Notes under the pieces: model-generated
Told to the model about the DNA's origin: nothing
What the model saw: only the letters and a program-made list of their open reading frames with translations
Databases searched by the model: none
Shown: positions 1-9,983 of the stretch, in pieces
How positions within the stretch are numbered: position 1 is the stretch's first letter
Layout of the letters: each line of letters opens with the position of its first letter
Assembly (NCBI GenBank): GCA_964454175.1
Contig: CAYVSA010000016.1
Location: forward strand, 3,654 to 33,359
Source of the DNA: an uncultured Pseudomonadota bacterium
GTDB lineage: Bacteria > BMS3Abin14
Direction of reading: 5' to 3'
Length of the DNA stretch: 29,706 bases
Position numbers and translations under genes: made by a program

Positions 1-142
1 AATACCCTAAACTTTATTTCACCAATTTCATGGTTATTTTATTCCCTGGAGTGCATAAGCTTCAGAAACTCAGCAACATGGTCTGCTATGAAAAGTTTTC
101 ATAGCTGTCGCCCTGTCTTTTGCCCAATCTGACAAATTATGG

Positions 143-171
143 TTGTTCGCTGTAAGAAAATGTGGTAAATA
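143..171 (+). promoter_or_regulatory. Possible sigma70 promoter for ftsH
   Basis: TTGTTC (143-148), 17-nt spacer, then TG-n-TAAATA extended -10-like element (163-171); SD GGAGGT at 193-198 before the TTG at 207. Confidence 0.35.
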
Positions 172-206
172 TGTAATATAACTGAAAAATTTGGAGGTAA
201 GCACAC

Positions 207-2075
207 TTGAATAACTTCTATAGACACCTTTCATTGTGGGTAGTCATCGGTCTGGTGATGATCCTCCTGTACAATCTCTTTTCCGTTCATCCGCAGCAGG
301 TGGAGGAACTGGTCTACAGCGACTTTCTGTCGAGGGTGGAGGAGGGCGCCATTGATGAGGTCCTCCTGCGGGGCAAGTACATCACTGGAAAATTCTCTGA
401 CGGCAGCCAGTTCAAGCTCTACTCGGCTGATGACCCTGACCTGGTCACTTACCTCCGGGACAAGAACATCCGCATTACTGCCGAGCCGAAGGAAGAGAGC
501 CCCTGGTACATAACCATCTTCGTTTCATGGTTCCCGATGCTCCTTCTGATCGCAGTTTGGATCTTTTTCATGCGTCAGATGCAGTCAGGCGGGAGCAAAG
601 CCCTGTCTTTCGGTAAATCCCGAGCACGGCTCCTTTCGGACACTTCTGTCCGTGTGACTTTCGAGGATGTTGCCGGGGTTGACGAGGCCAAGGAAGAACT
701 TCAGGAGATCATCGAATTCCTCAAGGACCCCATGCGCTTCCAGAAACTCGGAGGCAAGATACCCAAGGGAGTCCTGCTAATGGGTCCCCCAGGGACTGGT
801 AAAACACTGCTGGCCAAGGCAATAGCTGGAGAGGCTGAAGTTCCGTTTTTCTCCATCAGCGGTTCCGATTTCGTTGAGATGTTCGTTGGTGTCGGCGCCT
901 CCAGGGTCAGGGATCTTTTCGAGCAGGGAAAGAAGCATGCCCCCTGCATCATCTTCATCGATGAGATAGACGCCGTTGGCAGACACCGGGGTGCCGGGCT
1001 CGGTGGCGGCCACGACGAACGGGAGCAGACCCTCAATCAACTCCTGGTGGAGATGGATGGCTTTGAGTCCAACGAAGGTGTCATCCTCATAGCCGCAACC
1101 AACAGGCCAGACGTGCTGGATCCTGCACTTACAAGACCCGGGCGCTTTGACAGGCAAGTGATCGTTCCCAACCCCGATATAAAGGGACGAGAGGGCATCC
1201 TTGCGGTCCACTCCAAGGAAATACCTGTGGATGAGGACGTCAACCTCGAGGTGGTAGCCCGCGGGACTCCGGGTTTTTCGGGAGCTGATCTGGCCAACCT
1301 GGTAAATGAGGCTGCCCTTCTTGCTGCAAGACGCGATAAGGACAGCGTGGGTGCCGAGGATTTTGAGGACGCGAAAGACAAGGTTCTCATGGGCGCCGAA
1401 CGCAAGAGCCTGATCATTAGCGACAAGGAAAAGCGGATCACCGCTTACCATGAGGCTGGACACACTCTTGTTGCCAAGATGCTGCCTGGCGCCGATCCTA
1501 TCCACAAGGTGACCATAATTCCCAGGGGCAGGGCCCTTGGGCTCACCCAGCAGCTGCCCATGGACGAGAGGCACACGTATCCCAAAGACTACCTCCTGGA
1601 CCGCCTGGCTATCATGATGGGAGGGAGGGTGGCTGAAGAACTCGTGCTGGATGACGTAACAACGGGTGCCGGCAACGATATCGAACGTGCTACCGAAGTT
1701 GCCAGAAAGATGGTGTGCGAGTGGGGCATGAGCGAGAAGATGGGACCTCTGACCTTTGGAAAGAAGGAAGAACAGATCTTCCTGGGCCGGGAGATCGCTC
1801 AGCACAGGGATTACAGCGAGGGCACTGCGATAATGATAGACAAAGAGGTTAAGGGCCTGGTAACGGGCGCCCACGAAAGCGCCAGGAAGATAATTTCCGG
1901 AAACATTGAAAAACTACATGATCTGGCCGCATCTCTTCTCGAGAGGGAAGTGCTGGATGGACACGAGATAGATAGTATCCTGAAAGGCGAGGCACTGCCC
2001 GCCATCAAGAAAGAAGACATTGAACCTGAAGAAGGCGACTCGCAGCCTGAACAGTCAAGCGACCCCGCGGCCTAG
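207..2075 (+). CDS. ftsH: ATP-dependent zinc metalloprotease FtsH
   Basis: Two N-terminal TM segments, Walker A GPPGTGKT, Walker [12 protein letters not shown] region ([19 protein letters not shown]), HEAGH zinc motif; TTG start with SD GGAGGT. Confidence 0.98.
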   Translation: MNNFYRHLSLWVVIGLVMILLYNLFSVHPQQVEELVYSDFLSRVEEGAIDEVLLRGKYITGKFSDGSQFKLYSADDPDLVTYLRDKNIRITAEPKEESPWYITIFVSWFPMLLLIAVWIFFMRQMQSGGSKALSFGKSRARLLSDTSVRVTFEDVAGVDEAKEELQEIIEFLKDPMRFQKLGGKIPKGVLLMGPPGTGKTLLAKAIAGEAEVPFFSISGSDFVEMFVGVGASRVRDLFEQGKKHAPCIIFIDEIDAVGRHRGAGLGGGHDEREQTLNQLLVEMDGFESNEGVILIAATNRPDVLDPALTRPGRFDRQVIVPNPDIKGREGILAVHSKEIPVDEDVNLEVVARGTPGFSGADLANLVNEAALLAARRDKDSVGAEDFEDAKDKVLMGAERKSLIISDKEKRITAYHEAGHTLVAKMLPGADPIHKVTIIPRGRALGLTQQLPMDERHTYPKDYLLDRLAIMMGGRVAEELVLDDVTTGAGNDIERATEVARKMVCEWGMSEKMGPLTFGKKEEQIFLGREIAQHRDYSEGTAIMIDKEVKGLVTGAHESARKIISGNIEKLHDLAASLLEREVLDGHEIDSILKGEALPAIKKEDIEPEEGDSQPEQSSDPAA

Positions 2076-3261
2076 GATCCTTGATCTCACTACCGAGGCC
2101 ATCCGAAATGAGATGGTTCTCATGGATGTGGATCCCAGGGGGATCGAGATCATGGCGGGAAAAGCCCGCCTCCTGCTGGTCAGGTTTGATGATATGGACC
2201 TGCGCGCAGCTCTTATCCTGAAGCAGGACATACTCTCTCTGGGTGGAGACGCAGCGCTCACCAGGTCTGCGGCGGGACTTAAAGTGGACAGGACACCAGT
2301 CCTGATCATGGGCACTGTCAGACAGCTGTCTGAACTTGCGTTGAAGCTTAAGGACCAGCCTTTCGGACTTGGCGCAATTGCCGATTCGATCGGAGACCTG
2401 CTGGAGAATGCGGCCGGTAAGAGGGTGTTCCTGGTCGGAGGCGAGGATCTGCTCCTTGTAAAAAACGTCCTGGTGATGGGCGTTCTGAACGTTACGGATG
2501 ACTCCTTTTCAGACGGGGGACGCTTCCTTGCAAAGGAAAACGCCGTTGAAAGGGGTGTCGAAATGGCCTCACAGGGGGCCGATATCATTGACGTTGGGGG
2601 AGAATCCACAAGGCCCGGATCTCCTGGAGTTTCGGCTGAACTGGAATCCTCCAGGGTGGTTCCCGTTATCAGCGCTCTGGCCAGAGAAGGTGTGAAGAAC
2701 ATATCTGTTGACACGACGAAGGCCGAAGTCGCTGCAAAGGCACTGGATGCCGGGGCAGGGATTGTAAATGACATAAGTGGGATGTTCTTCGATCCGGCCA
2801 TGGCCGAAACCGTATCGGATTCCGGCGCTTCGGCAGTGCTGATGCACACTGCGGGCAAGCCGGACAGAATGCAGGAAGACACGGATTATGAAGACCTTCT
2901 GGGCAGCGTATATGCATATCTCATGAAGGCTGTCGACGGCGCGATAGCAGCAGGTATTGCACGAGAAAACCTCTGCGTTGATCCAGGCATAGGCTTCGGC
3001 AAGACTCCAGAGCAGAACCTGGAGCTTCTGGGAAGGGTAGGAGAACTCAGGTCGCTGGGAACTGCCGTGATGGTTGGAGCTTCGAGGAAGTCCTTTATCG
3101 GCCATTACCTTGGGCTGGAAGTGGCTGACCGGGTCGAAGGTTCTTTAGCAGCAGCTATTTCTGCAGTTATGTGCGGTGCGGACATGGTCAGAGTTCACGA
3201 TGTGACAGAGACTGTGAGAGCGATCAGACTGACTGAGAAGATTAGACAATGGAGAGTATGA
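2020..3261 (+). CDS. folP: Dihydropteroate synthase with an N-terminal extension of roughly 140 aa
   Basis: [40 protein letters not shown] and VRVHDV motifs; start uncertain (TTG 2020 overlapping ftsH, or ATG 2113). Confidence 0.95.
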   Translation: MNLKKATRSLNSQATPRPRILDLTTEAIRNEMVLMDVDPRGIEIMAGKARLLLVRFDDMDLRAALILKQDILSLGGDAALTRSAAGLKVDRTPVLIMGTVRQLSELALKLKDQPFGLGAIADSIGDLLENAAGKRVFLVGGEDLLLVKNVLVMGVLNVTDDSFSDGGRFLAKENAVERGVEMASQGADIIDVGGESTRPGSPGVSAELESSRVVPVISALAREGVKNISVDTTKAEVAAKALDAGAGIVNDISGMFFDPAMAETVSDSGASAVLMHTAGKPDRMQEDTDYEDLLGSVYAYLMKAVDGAIAAGIARENLCVDPGIGFGKTPEQNLELLGRVGELRSLGTAVMVGASRKSFIGHYLGLEVADRVEGSLAAAISAVMCGADMVRVHDVTETVRAIRLTEKIRQWRV

Positions 3262-4094
3262 TCAACACATTGCAGTTCTTTTTCGGGGACTTTCAGTGGA
3301 AAGACCTCCTGGATATCATTGTCGTTGCTGTCATTCTCTACTGGATACTCCTCCTGATCCGCGGAACCCGGGCGCTGCAGATAGTGTTCGGGCTGGTGGT
3401 TCTGGGCGCTGGCTACCTGCTTGCCCTGGGAGCCGAGATGAGTACTCTCGTGTGGATACTGGAAAACTTTCTGGGTTCAATAGTCATCGTGGTGGTGGTC
3501 CTTTTCCAGAACGAGATCCGGCATGCCCTTGCTCTGGTCGGTTCCAACCCCCTCACGGGATCCAACCCAGGTCAACAGAAACTCGTACTGGAAGAGATAG
3601 TTAAGGCGATCAGTTCCCTTTCGAACCGCAGGATCGGGGCCCTGATAGCCCTGGAAAGGTCCACTGGTCTCAAGAATTTCATACAGAAGGGAACGAAGAT
3701 CGATGCTGCCGTCAGCAAAGATCTTCTGATGTCCATTTTCATGCCCTTTTCCCCTATCCACGACGGCGCTGTTATCATAAGTGAGGGGAAAATATCTGCT
3801 GCACAGGTATTCCTGCCCCTCACACTGAACCCCCGCCTGGAAAAAATACTTGGAACCAGGCACAGGGCTGCATTGGGATTCTCAGAGGAAACTGACGCGG
3901 TGATCATCGTTGTATCGGAGGAGACCGGAAAGATCTCCCTGGCCTGTGAAGGCAAAATATACTCACGTCTTGAGGTGGATGAACTCAGGCGCCTCCTGAA
4001 AAAGATGCTCACCGGCGTGGGCAGCCAGGCGCAAACCAACCTCCTGGAGCGGCTGAAAATTGCTGGACATTTTAAGAAAGAACATCGGACTTAA
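3258..4094 (+). CDS. cdaA: Membrane-bound diadenylate cyclase (c-di-AMP synthase), CdaA/DacA type
   Basis: Three N-terminal hydrophobic segments, catalytic HDGA and GTRHRA motifs, VVSEETG; ATG 3258 overlaps the folP stop (ATGA) with GGAG upstream. Confidence 0.95.
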   Translation: MINTLQFFFGDFQWKDLLDIIVVAVILYWILLLIRGTRALQIVFGLVVLGAGYLLALGAEMSTLVWILENFLGSIVIVVVVLFQNEIRHALALVGSNPLTGSNPGQQKLVLEEIVKAISSLSNRRIGALIALERSTGLKNFIQKGTKIDAAVSKDLLMSIFMPFSPIHDGAVIISEGKISAAQVFLPLTLNPRLEKILGTRHRAALGFSEETDAVIIVVSEETGKISLACEGKIYSRLEVDELRRLLKKMLTGVGSQAQTNLLERLKIAGHFKKEHRT

Positions 4095-4743
4095 GATATT
4101 TTCTCTCCTGTTCGCCTTTTTCCTCTGGTCCATAATATCCAGAGGGGCAGGCGGGAGGACCATGGAGGTCAGTGTCTCCATCCCGGTTGAGTTCCAGAAC
4201 CTGTCAACCGAAATGGAGATGGTCGAGCATCCCACAGAGAGGGTCAATGTTCGTTTTTCAGGACCAAGGCGCATTGTGTCCAACATCTCCCAGCTTGGGA
4301 TCACGCTCCCACTGGACCTTGATGGCGCCATGGAGGGACTCACTACATTCGAGCTCTATCCCTCAGCCATCAAGGCTCCGGATATGACAAAGGTCACAAG
4401 GATCAGCCCTTCGATCATTTCGGTAATACTTGAAAGAAGTGGTGAAGAACGATTTCCAATCGAGCCTGTTATCGAAGGCGTTCCTTCACCCGGCTTTAAA
4501 GTCAGCGCAGTAACTGTTGATCCGCTCTTCGTGAGGCTGGCAGGACCGCGGTCAAGTCTTGCCGCTGTCACCATGGTTCAGACAGCTTCAGTTGACATAG
4601 AGGGGGCAATCGATTCGGTGGAGCGTGAGGTGCAGCTGACTCTGCCGGACTCCAGACTCAGAAATACTGAATCTTCCACGGTAAAGGTGGTAGTAAGCAT
4701 AATGCCGCAGGACGGGGAAGTTAAAAAGAGTACGCCGCAGTAG
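4060..4743 (+). CDS. cdaR: YbbR-domain protein, CdaA regulator CdaR
   Basis: N-terminal anchor LKIFSLLFAFFLW, two beta-rich YbbR-like repeats (V.V...GP...), position between cdaA and glmM. Confidence 0.88.
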   Translation: MLDILRKNIGLKIFSLLFAFFLWSIISRGAGGRTMEVSVSIPVEFQNLSTEMEMVEHPTERVNVRFSGPRRIVSNISQLGITLPLDLDGAMEGLTTFELYPSAIKAPDMTKVTRISPSIISVILERSGEERFPIEPVIEGVPSPGFKVSAVTVDPLFVRLAGPRSSLAAVTMVQTASVDIEGAIDSVEREVQLTLPDSRLRNTESSTVKVVVSIMPQDGEVKKSTPQ

Positions 4744-4789
4744 TAGTCCAAACTTAATGTAAAACATTAAAAGAATGTAATAACTATCT

Positions 4790-6169
4790 ATGATTATTGA
4801 TAATAATAAATTATTCGGCACTGATGGTGTGCGTGGGCAGGCCAATACCTATCCAATAACTTCTGAAGTTGCGCTGCGGCTGGGCATGGCAGCAGGCCTT
4901 CTTTTTAAAAACCACAGTGACCGGTCCAGGATTGTGATCGGCAAGGATACGCGCCTTTCCGGATACATACTGGAATCCGCACTTATGTCAGGTATCTGCG
5001 CCATGGGCTCGGACGTTTATCTTGTTGGGCCCATGCCGACACCCGCTATTGCTTTTATAACCCGCACAATGAGGGCAGACGCAGGAATCGTCATATCTGC
5101 CTCACACAACCCGTTTCAGGATAACGGCATTAAGTTTTTTGGCCCCGACGGCAGAAAACTGGCGGACGGCGTCGAGAATAAACTGGAAGCGCTCGCACGA
5201 GAAGATAACGTTAAGCGCCCAACCCACGGCGAGGTCGGCAGGGCCTACAGGCTGGATGACGCCGAGGGGCGATACATTGAGTACGCGAAGAACACCATCC
5301 CCAAGGGAATGGTGTTTGACGGGCTCAAGATGGTAGTTGACTGTGCCAACGGAGCCGGGTACGTGGTCGCGCCAACGATATTCAGAGAGCTGGGGGCCCA
5401 GGTATCGGCCATCGGAACCGACCCGGATGGACTCAACATCAACGAAGGCTGCGGGTCAACCTGTCCTGAACGCATGGTTGAGATGGTAGTTGAGGCCGGT
5501 GCTGATATCGGGTTGGCCCTTGATGGGGACGGTGACAGAGCTATCTTCTGCGATGCCGAGGGCAGCATTGCTGATGGCGACGATGTTCTTTACATCTGCG
5601 GGAATCACGCCCTGAAAACCGGGCGTCTGCCCGGCAGCACCATAGTAGGCACGGAGATGACCAACATGGGCCTGGAAGCGGCCCTGCGGGCATCGGGGAT
5701 AGATCTAATAAGATCTGCAGTTGGAGACAGGTACGTTCTTGAGAAAATGAAAAGTTCCGGGTCTACCCTTGGCGGGGAGCCGTCAGGGCACGTCATATTC
5801 ATGGATCACAGTACTACGGGTGATGGCGTTATAACTGCTCTGCAGCTCGTCAACTGCATGGTCAACACGGGTCTTGCACTTAAAGACCTCAGAGAAGGGT
5901 GGAAGAGGTATCCACAGGTAATGAAGAATATCAGGGTGAGGGAGAAGATCCCGCTTGCCGAACTGGACTGGCTCGAACCCGTGATCACGGAGGCCGAGAG
6001 TACAATGGGAGATGACCGGATTCTGAACCTGCGGTACTCAGGAACCGAACCGCTGCTCAGACTCACTGTCTCCTGTGAATCCCCAGATACCGTTGACAAT
6101 ATCGCGGAGAGTCTCTGTCTGCGACTGACCGAGGGGCTGGGCAGCAAGTATCCCGATGATGTTAGTTGA
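4790..6169 (+). CDS. glmM: Phosphoglucosamine mutase
   Basis: FGTDGVRG, active-site SASHNP, metal-binding DGDGDR, GGEPSGH, RYSGTEP. Confidence 0.96.
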   Translation: MIIDNNKLFGTDGVRGQANTYPITSEVALRLGMAAGLLFKNHSDRSRIVIGKDTRLSGYILESALMSGICAMGSDVYLVGPMPTPAIAFITRTMRADAGIVISASHNPFQDNGIKFFGPDGRKLADGVENKLEALAREDNVKRPTHGEVGRAYRLDDAEGRYIEYAKNTIPKGMVFDGLKMVVDCANGAGYVVAPTIFRELGAQVSAIGTDPDGLNINEGCGSTCPERMVEMVVEAGADIGLALDGDGDRAIFCDAEGSIADGDDVLYICGNHALKTGRLPGSTIVGTEMTNMGLEAALRASGIDLIRSAVGDRYVLEKMKSSGSTLGGEPSGHVIFMDHSTTGDGVITALQLVNCMVNTGLALKDLREGWKRYPQVMKNIRVREKIPLAELDWLEPVITEAESTMGDDRILNLRYSGTEPLLRLTVSCESPDTVDNIAESLCLRLTEGLGSKYPDDVS

Positions 6170-6198
6170 ATTCCTGAACTCAATGAAGGGGGCCGCAA

Positions 6199-6921
6199 AT
6201 GACCAGACTTGGCGTTAACGTCGACCATATAGCCACTTTGAGACAGTCGAGGCTGGTCAGTGAACCAGACCCGGTAGAAGCTGCCTTTATGGCGGAACTG
6301 GGCGGCGCCGACGGGATTGTTGTCCACCTCAGGGAAGACCGGCGCCACATCCAGGACCGGGATCTTAATATCCTCAGACAGACCGTGAAGACCATGCTCA
6401 ACCTGGAGATGGCGGCAACCCAGGAGATGGTCAAGATCGCCCTGGAGGTCAAACCTGACACCGTAACCCTCGTCCCGGAGCGCAGAGAGGAGCTGACCAC
6501 CGAAGGAGGGCTCGAGGTGGCCATGAACCTGGACTACCTGAAAAAAATGACTGGGCTCATGCAGGATGCCGAGATCAGGGTAAGCCTTTTTGTAGATCCC
6601 GATGTAGACCAGATAAAAGCCAGCCACAGAGTTGGAGCTGATGCAGTGGAAATACATGTGGGGAAATATGCTGATGCTAAGGCGAACCATGAGGTTGAGG
6701 AAGAATATCAGCGTATAGTCAACGCCGCCAAAGTGGGAAGCAAGCTCAAGATGGAGGTTGTAGCAGGTCACGGGCTGAATTACCGGAACGTTCTCAGGAT
6801 CTCCAGAATAAGTGAGATCCGCGAGCTTAACATAGGGCACAGCATTGTTTCGCGGTCTGCTCTGGTCGGCATGGAGAGGGCAGTCCGGGAGATGAAAAAG
6901 GCAATGGGGGGAGTGCTATGA
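6199..6921 (+). CDS. pdxJ: Pyridoxine 5'-phosphate synthase
   Basis: [43 protein letters not shown]. Confidence 0.98.
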   Translation: MTRLGVNVDHIATLRQSRLVSEPDPVEAAFMAELGGADGIVVHLREDRRHIQDRDLNILRQTVKTMLNLEMAATQEMVKIALEVKPDTVTLVPERREELTTEGGLEVAMNLDYLKKMTGLMQDAEIRVSLFVDPDVDQIKASHRVGADAVEIHVGKYADAKANHEVEEEYQRIVNAAKVGSKLKMEVVAGHGLNYRNVLRISRISEIRELNIGHSIVSRSALVGMERAVREMKKAMGGVL

Positions 6922-7295
6922 TAGTCGGAGTAGGTGTTGATCATGTTGAGACAAAGCGGATGCAGGAAATACTCCTGAAATGGGCCGAGAAAGTCGAAGG
7001 TCGTGTGTTTACAGAAGACGAGATCGCCTATTCCAAATCCAAGGGGAAGGCTCACCTTCACCTTGCAGCCAGGTTTTCCGCCAAAGAGGCCTTTTTTAAG
7101 GCACTTGGTAAGGGACTGAGCGAGGGTATGAAGTGGACTGATGTGTCGGTTCAGACCGAGAAGTCAGGCAAACCGTCAATCGATCTTTCAGGCAGGGCAA
7201 AGGAGATTGCCGCCTCAATGGATGTGGACAATATCCATCTGAGCATGACCCACACCGAAAAATGTGCAATAGCGGTGGTCGTTCTTGAAAAATAG
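6918..7295 (+). CDS. acpS: Holo-[acyl-carrier-protein] synthase
   Basis: [32 protein letters not shown] overlap with pdxJ. Confidence 0.96.
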   Translation: MIVGVGVDHVETKRMQEILLKWAEKVEGRVFTEDEIAYSKSKGKAHLHLAARFSAKEAFFKALGKGLSEGMKWTDVSVQTEKSGKPSIDLSGRAKEIAASMDVDNIHLSMTHTEKCAIAVVVLEK

Positions 7296-8856
7296 CCAGC
7301 CTATCGTAACGCCGCTGCAGATGCAGGAGATCGACAGGAGGGCCATTGAAGATCTTGGTATTCCCTCCCTCGTTCTAATGGAAAATGCGGGGATGTGCGT
7401 GGTTGAGGAGATAGAGCGGCGTGCAGGGACCACGCCCGTCAGGGTAACGTCTGTTTGCGGCCCTGGCAATAACGGCGGCGACGGCATTGTTGCGGCGCGT
7501 CTGCTTCACGAAAAGGGTTACGAAGCAGTAATTTTCCTTGCGTCGCCGCGAAAATTATTGAGTAAAGATGCCAGGATCCAGCTGAAAACAGCCTCTGACG
7601 TTGGCGTGCCGATCCAATTATTGCCAAAAGGCGGCGGCCTCGAAAAATTGCGGGCAAGGCTTGCTGAATCGGATTTCGTACTGGATGCCCTGTTCGGTAC
7701 AGGGATGACGCGAGAGGTTACAGGGATCTGCCGTGACCTTGTAGAAGCCATTAATGAGTCCCCAGGTACTGTGGTGTCAGTTGACATACCCTCGGGCCTT
7801 GACGGACTAAGCGGTCATCCAGCCGGCTGCGCTGTGCTGGCCGATGTTACAGTTACATTTGCTTTCCCAAAGCTTGGTTTTGCTGTATTTCCCGGCGCAG
7901 CCCACGCTGGAGAGGTTGTTGTCGGGGACATCGGTATACCAGCCGCGGCCTGTGATGGCCTGAGTTTAGAAGGATTTTTTACCGACCCGTCTCATGTCTG
8001 CAAAGCCTTCGGCCCCCGTTGGCCCGACACGCACAAGGGCTCCTATGGCCATCTCCTTGTTGTTTCCGGGTCTACCGGCAGGGTTGGGGCGGGCTTGCTG
8101 ACAAGTGAAGGCGCTCTGCGGTCTGGAGCCGGGCTGGTCACACTCGCACTGCCCGCATCCTCAGTGACAGCCGCAGACGCGGCAGCAGTAGAGGTGATGA
8201 CTGAACCCTTACCAGAGACCCAGGCCGGAACTCTGGCGGGGTCGGGTCTGCAGGCTGTAAAAAAACTGATCCTGGAAAGAAGTGCCCTTGCTATTGGACC
8301 CGGGCTGTCGGTTAACGATGAAACCGTTGCCCTGGTGCGGGATATCCTGGAACTTCCCGGGTTTCCTGCCGTAGTTGATGCTGATGCATTAAATGCCGTC
8401 GCAGCGGATTTGGACCTGATCAATGCCCGGGGAGCCTACACTGTGCTCACTCCGCATCCTGGAGAGATGGGACGGCTCCTGGGAAGTTCTGCCGGGTATG
8501 TCCAGGCAGACAGGGTAGGGGCTGCAAGGGAATGTGCAGGCAGGACAGACGCGGTCGTTGTTTTGAAGGGAGCAAGGACTGTGATCGCCGAGCCTGGGGG
8601 CAGATACTACGTTAACCTCACGGGGAATCCAGGCATGTCAACTGCCGGTTCCGGTGATGTACTCACAGGAATGATTGGCGCCCTCCTCGCAAGGGGCCTG
8701 GATCCGATTTTGAGTTCGGTTGCTTCGGTATACCTGCACGGAGCTGCAGGAGATTTTGCTGCCGAAATGTACACTGAACACTCCATGACAGCAGGTGACC
8801 TGTTAACCGAGATCGGCCCTGCCCTCAAGGCCATACTTACGGAGACTATATGCTGA
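7285..8856 (+). CDS. nnr: Bifunctional NAD(P)H-hydrate epimerase/dehydratase (YjeF, NnrE-NnrD fusion)
   Basis: LMENAG, GPGNNGGDG, DALFGTG, DIPSG, HKGSYG, GPGL, DADALN, TPHPGE, AGSGDVL. Confidence 0.95.
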   Translation: MKNSQPIVTPLQMQEIDRRAIEDLGIPSLVLMENAGMCVVEEIERRAGTTPVRVTSVCGPGNNGGDGIVAARLLHEKGYEAVIFLASPRKLLSKDARIQLKTASDVGVPIQLLPKGGGLEKLRARLAESDFVLDALFGTGMTREVTGICRDLVEAINESPGTVVSVDIPSGLDGLSGHPAGCAVLADVTVTFAFPKLGFAVFPGAAHAGEVVVGDIGIPAAACDGLSLEGFFTDPSHVCKAFGPRWPDTHKGSYGHLLVVSGSTGRVGAGLLTSEGALRSGAGLVTLALPASSVTAADAAAVEVMTEPLPETQAGTLAGSGLQAVKKLILERSALAIGPGLSVNDETVALVRDILELPGFPAVVDADALNAVAADLDLINARGAYTVLTPHPGEMGRLLGSSAGYVQADRVGAARECAGRTDAVVVLKGARTVIAEPGGRYYVNLTGNPGMSTAGSGDVLTGMIGALLARGLDPILSSVASVYLHGAAGDFAAEMYTEHSMTAGDLLTEIGPALKAILTETIC

Positions 8857-9311
8857 CTGCATCGAATATGATGAAAAAGAGATTTCTGACTGTAACTCCT
8901 GAGATGGGGATAGATGAACTTGCACGCCTTTTCAACAGAGATCACAATTCGGGAGCGGCGGTTGTTGACAAGAAGGGCAAGCTCCTCGGCGTCATCACCG
9001 AGGGGGATCTGATCGCCAGGGAGAAAAACCTGCATCTGCCCACCGTCATCACCCTTTTCGATGCCGTCATCTATCTGGAGAGCACCGGGCACTTCAAGGA
9101 AGAGCTGCAGAGGATGCTTGCTACCAGGGTCAACGACATATACACGAGGGACCCCGAAACAATTACACCAGGAACCCAGCTATCCGACATAGCGACGATG
9201 ATGATCGAGAAGGGCGCCCATTTCCTTCCCGTGATGGAGGACGGCAGGGTGATCGGTATTATCAGCAGAAGAGAAATTCTGCAGGCTATTGTCCGTCAGG
9301 AGAATGGCTGA
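8850..9311 (+). CDS. CBS-pair domain protein
   Basis: Two CBS motifs (VVDKKGKLLGVITEGDL; PVMEDGRVIGIISRREI). Confidence 0.9.
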   Translation: MLTASNMMKKRFLTVTPEMGIDELARLFNRDHNSGAAVVDKKGKLLGVITEGDLIAREKNLHLPTVITLFDAVIYLESTGHFKEELQRMLATRVNDIYTRDPETITPGTQLSDIATMMIEKGAHFLPVMEDGRVIGIISRREILQAIVRQENG

Positions 9312-9786
9312 TCACCTGGCCGTGGTCGTTCCACGCCCCCGGGATATGGTTCACCTCGGCAGGTTACTGGGCCGGAATATTTTCAGTGGAGCTGCCATCG
9401 GCCTGAGCGGGCCCATGGGGGCCGGCAAAACAACACTGGTGACCGGAATCGCCCAGGGGATGAAAATAAGCCGGGGTTACAGGGTTTCAAGCCCGACTTT
9501 CACTGTAATGCAGTATTACCCATGTCTTTTGAGTGACCTGTTCCACCTTGACCTGTACAGGGTAGATGGTTTTGAAGACCTGGAGTCCACAGGATACAGG
9601 GAAGCGATGGGCCCGGGGGCGGTCCTTGTTGTGGAATGGGTGGATAAAGAGCCAGAGGTCCTTCCAGAGGAACATCTTCTGGTGGATCTACAGTACGAAA
9701 ATGACGGCAGAGTTGTCCGATTCCATCCATCCGGCAGTCGATACCTTGACATGCTTACACGTTCCCTGGATCAATTTCCAAAATAG
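9289..9786 (+). CDS. tsaE: tRNA threonylcarbamoyladenosine biosynthesis ATPase TsaE (start could be ATG 9304)
   Basis: GPMGAGKT, VSSPTF, HLDLYR, VVEW motifs. Confidence 0.94.
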   Translation: MSVRRMADHLAVVVPRPRDMVHLGRLLGRNIFSGAAIGLSGPMGAGKTTLVTGIAQGMKISRGYRVSSPTFTVMQYYPCLLSDLFHLDLYRVDGFEDLESTGYREAMGPGAVLVVEWVDKEPEVLPEEHLLVDLQYENDGRVVRFHPSGSRYLDMLTRSLDQFPK

Positions 9787-9807
9787 TGATCTGACCCGCT
9801 GCAGATA

Positions 9808-9836
9808 TTGACACCCAATTGTGACGGTGCTATTTG
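9808..9836 (+). promoter_or_regulatory. Probable sigma70 promoter for the alaC-like gene
   Basis: Perfect TTGACA (9808-9813), 17-nt spacer, TG-c-TATTTG extended -10 (9828-9836). Confidence 0.55.
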
Positions 9837-9886
9837 TTTGAGCTTGTTTATGGATCATTAGAGTATTGGAGATTATATTTAACCCC

Positions 9887-9965
9887 CCCCTCCCTCGATG
9901 GGAGGGGATAAAGGGGAGGGTGATAGTATTACCACCCCCCCTGACCTCCCCCATCAAGGGGGAGG
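9887..9965. repeat. GC-rich REP/REPIN-like inverted doublet
   Basis: Hairpin CCCCTCCC-TCGAT-GGGAGGGG (9887-9907), hairpin CCTCCCCC-ATCAA-GGGGGAGG (9945-9965), central GGGTG...CACCC arms; the two halves are approximate reverse complements. Confidence 0.75.
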
Positions 9966-9983
9966 AATTAGATGGAGAAAAAA

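Noticed and set aside
777-1874. 365-aa minus-strand ORF
   Set aside because: Antisense shadow of ftsH with no recognisable motifs; long antisense frames are expected opposite GC3-rich genes.
5806-6840. 344-aa minus-strand ORF
   Set aside because: Overlaps glmM and pdxJ on the opposite strand; no domain signature.
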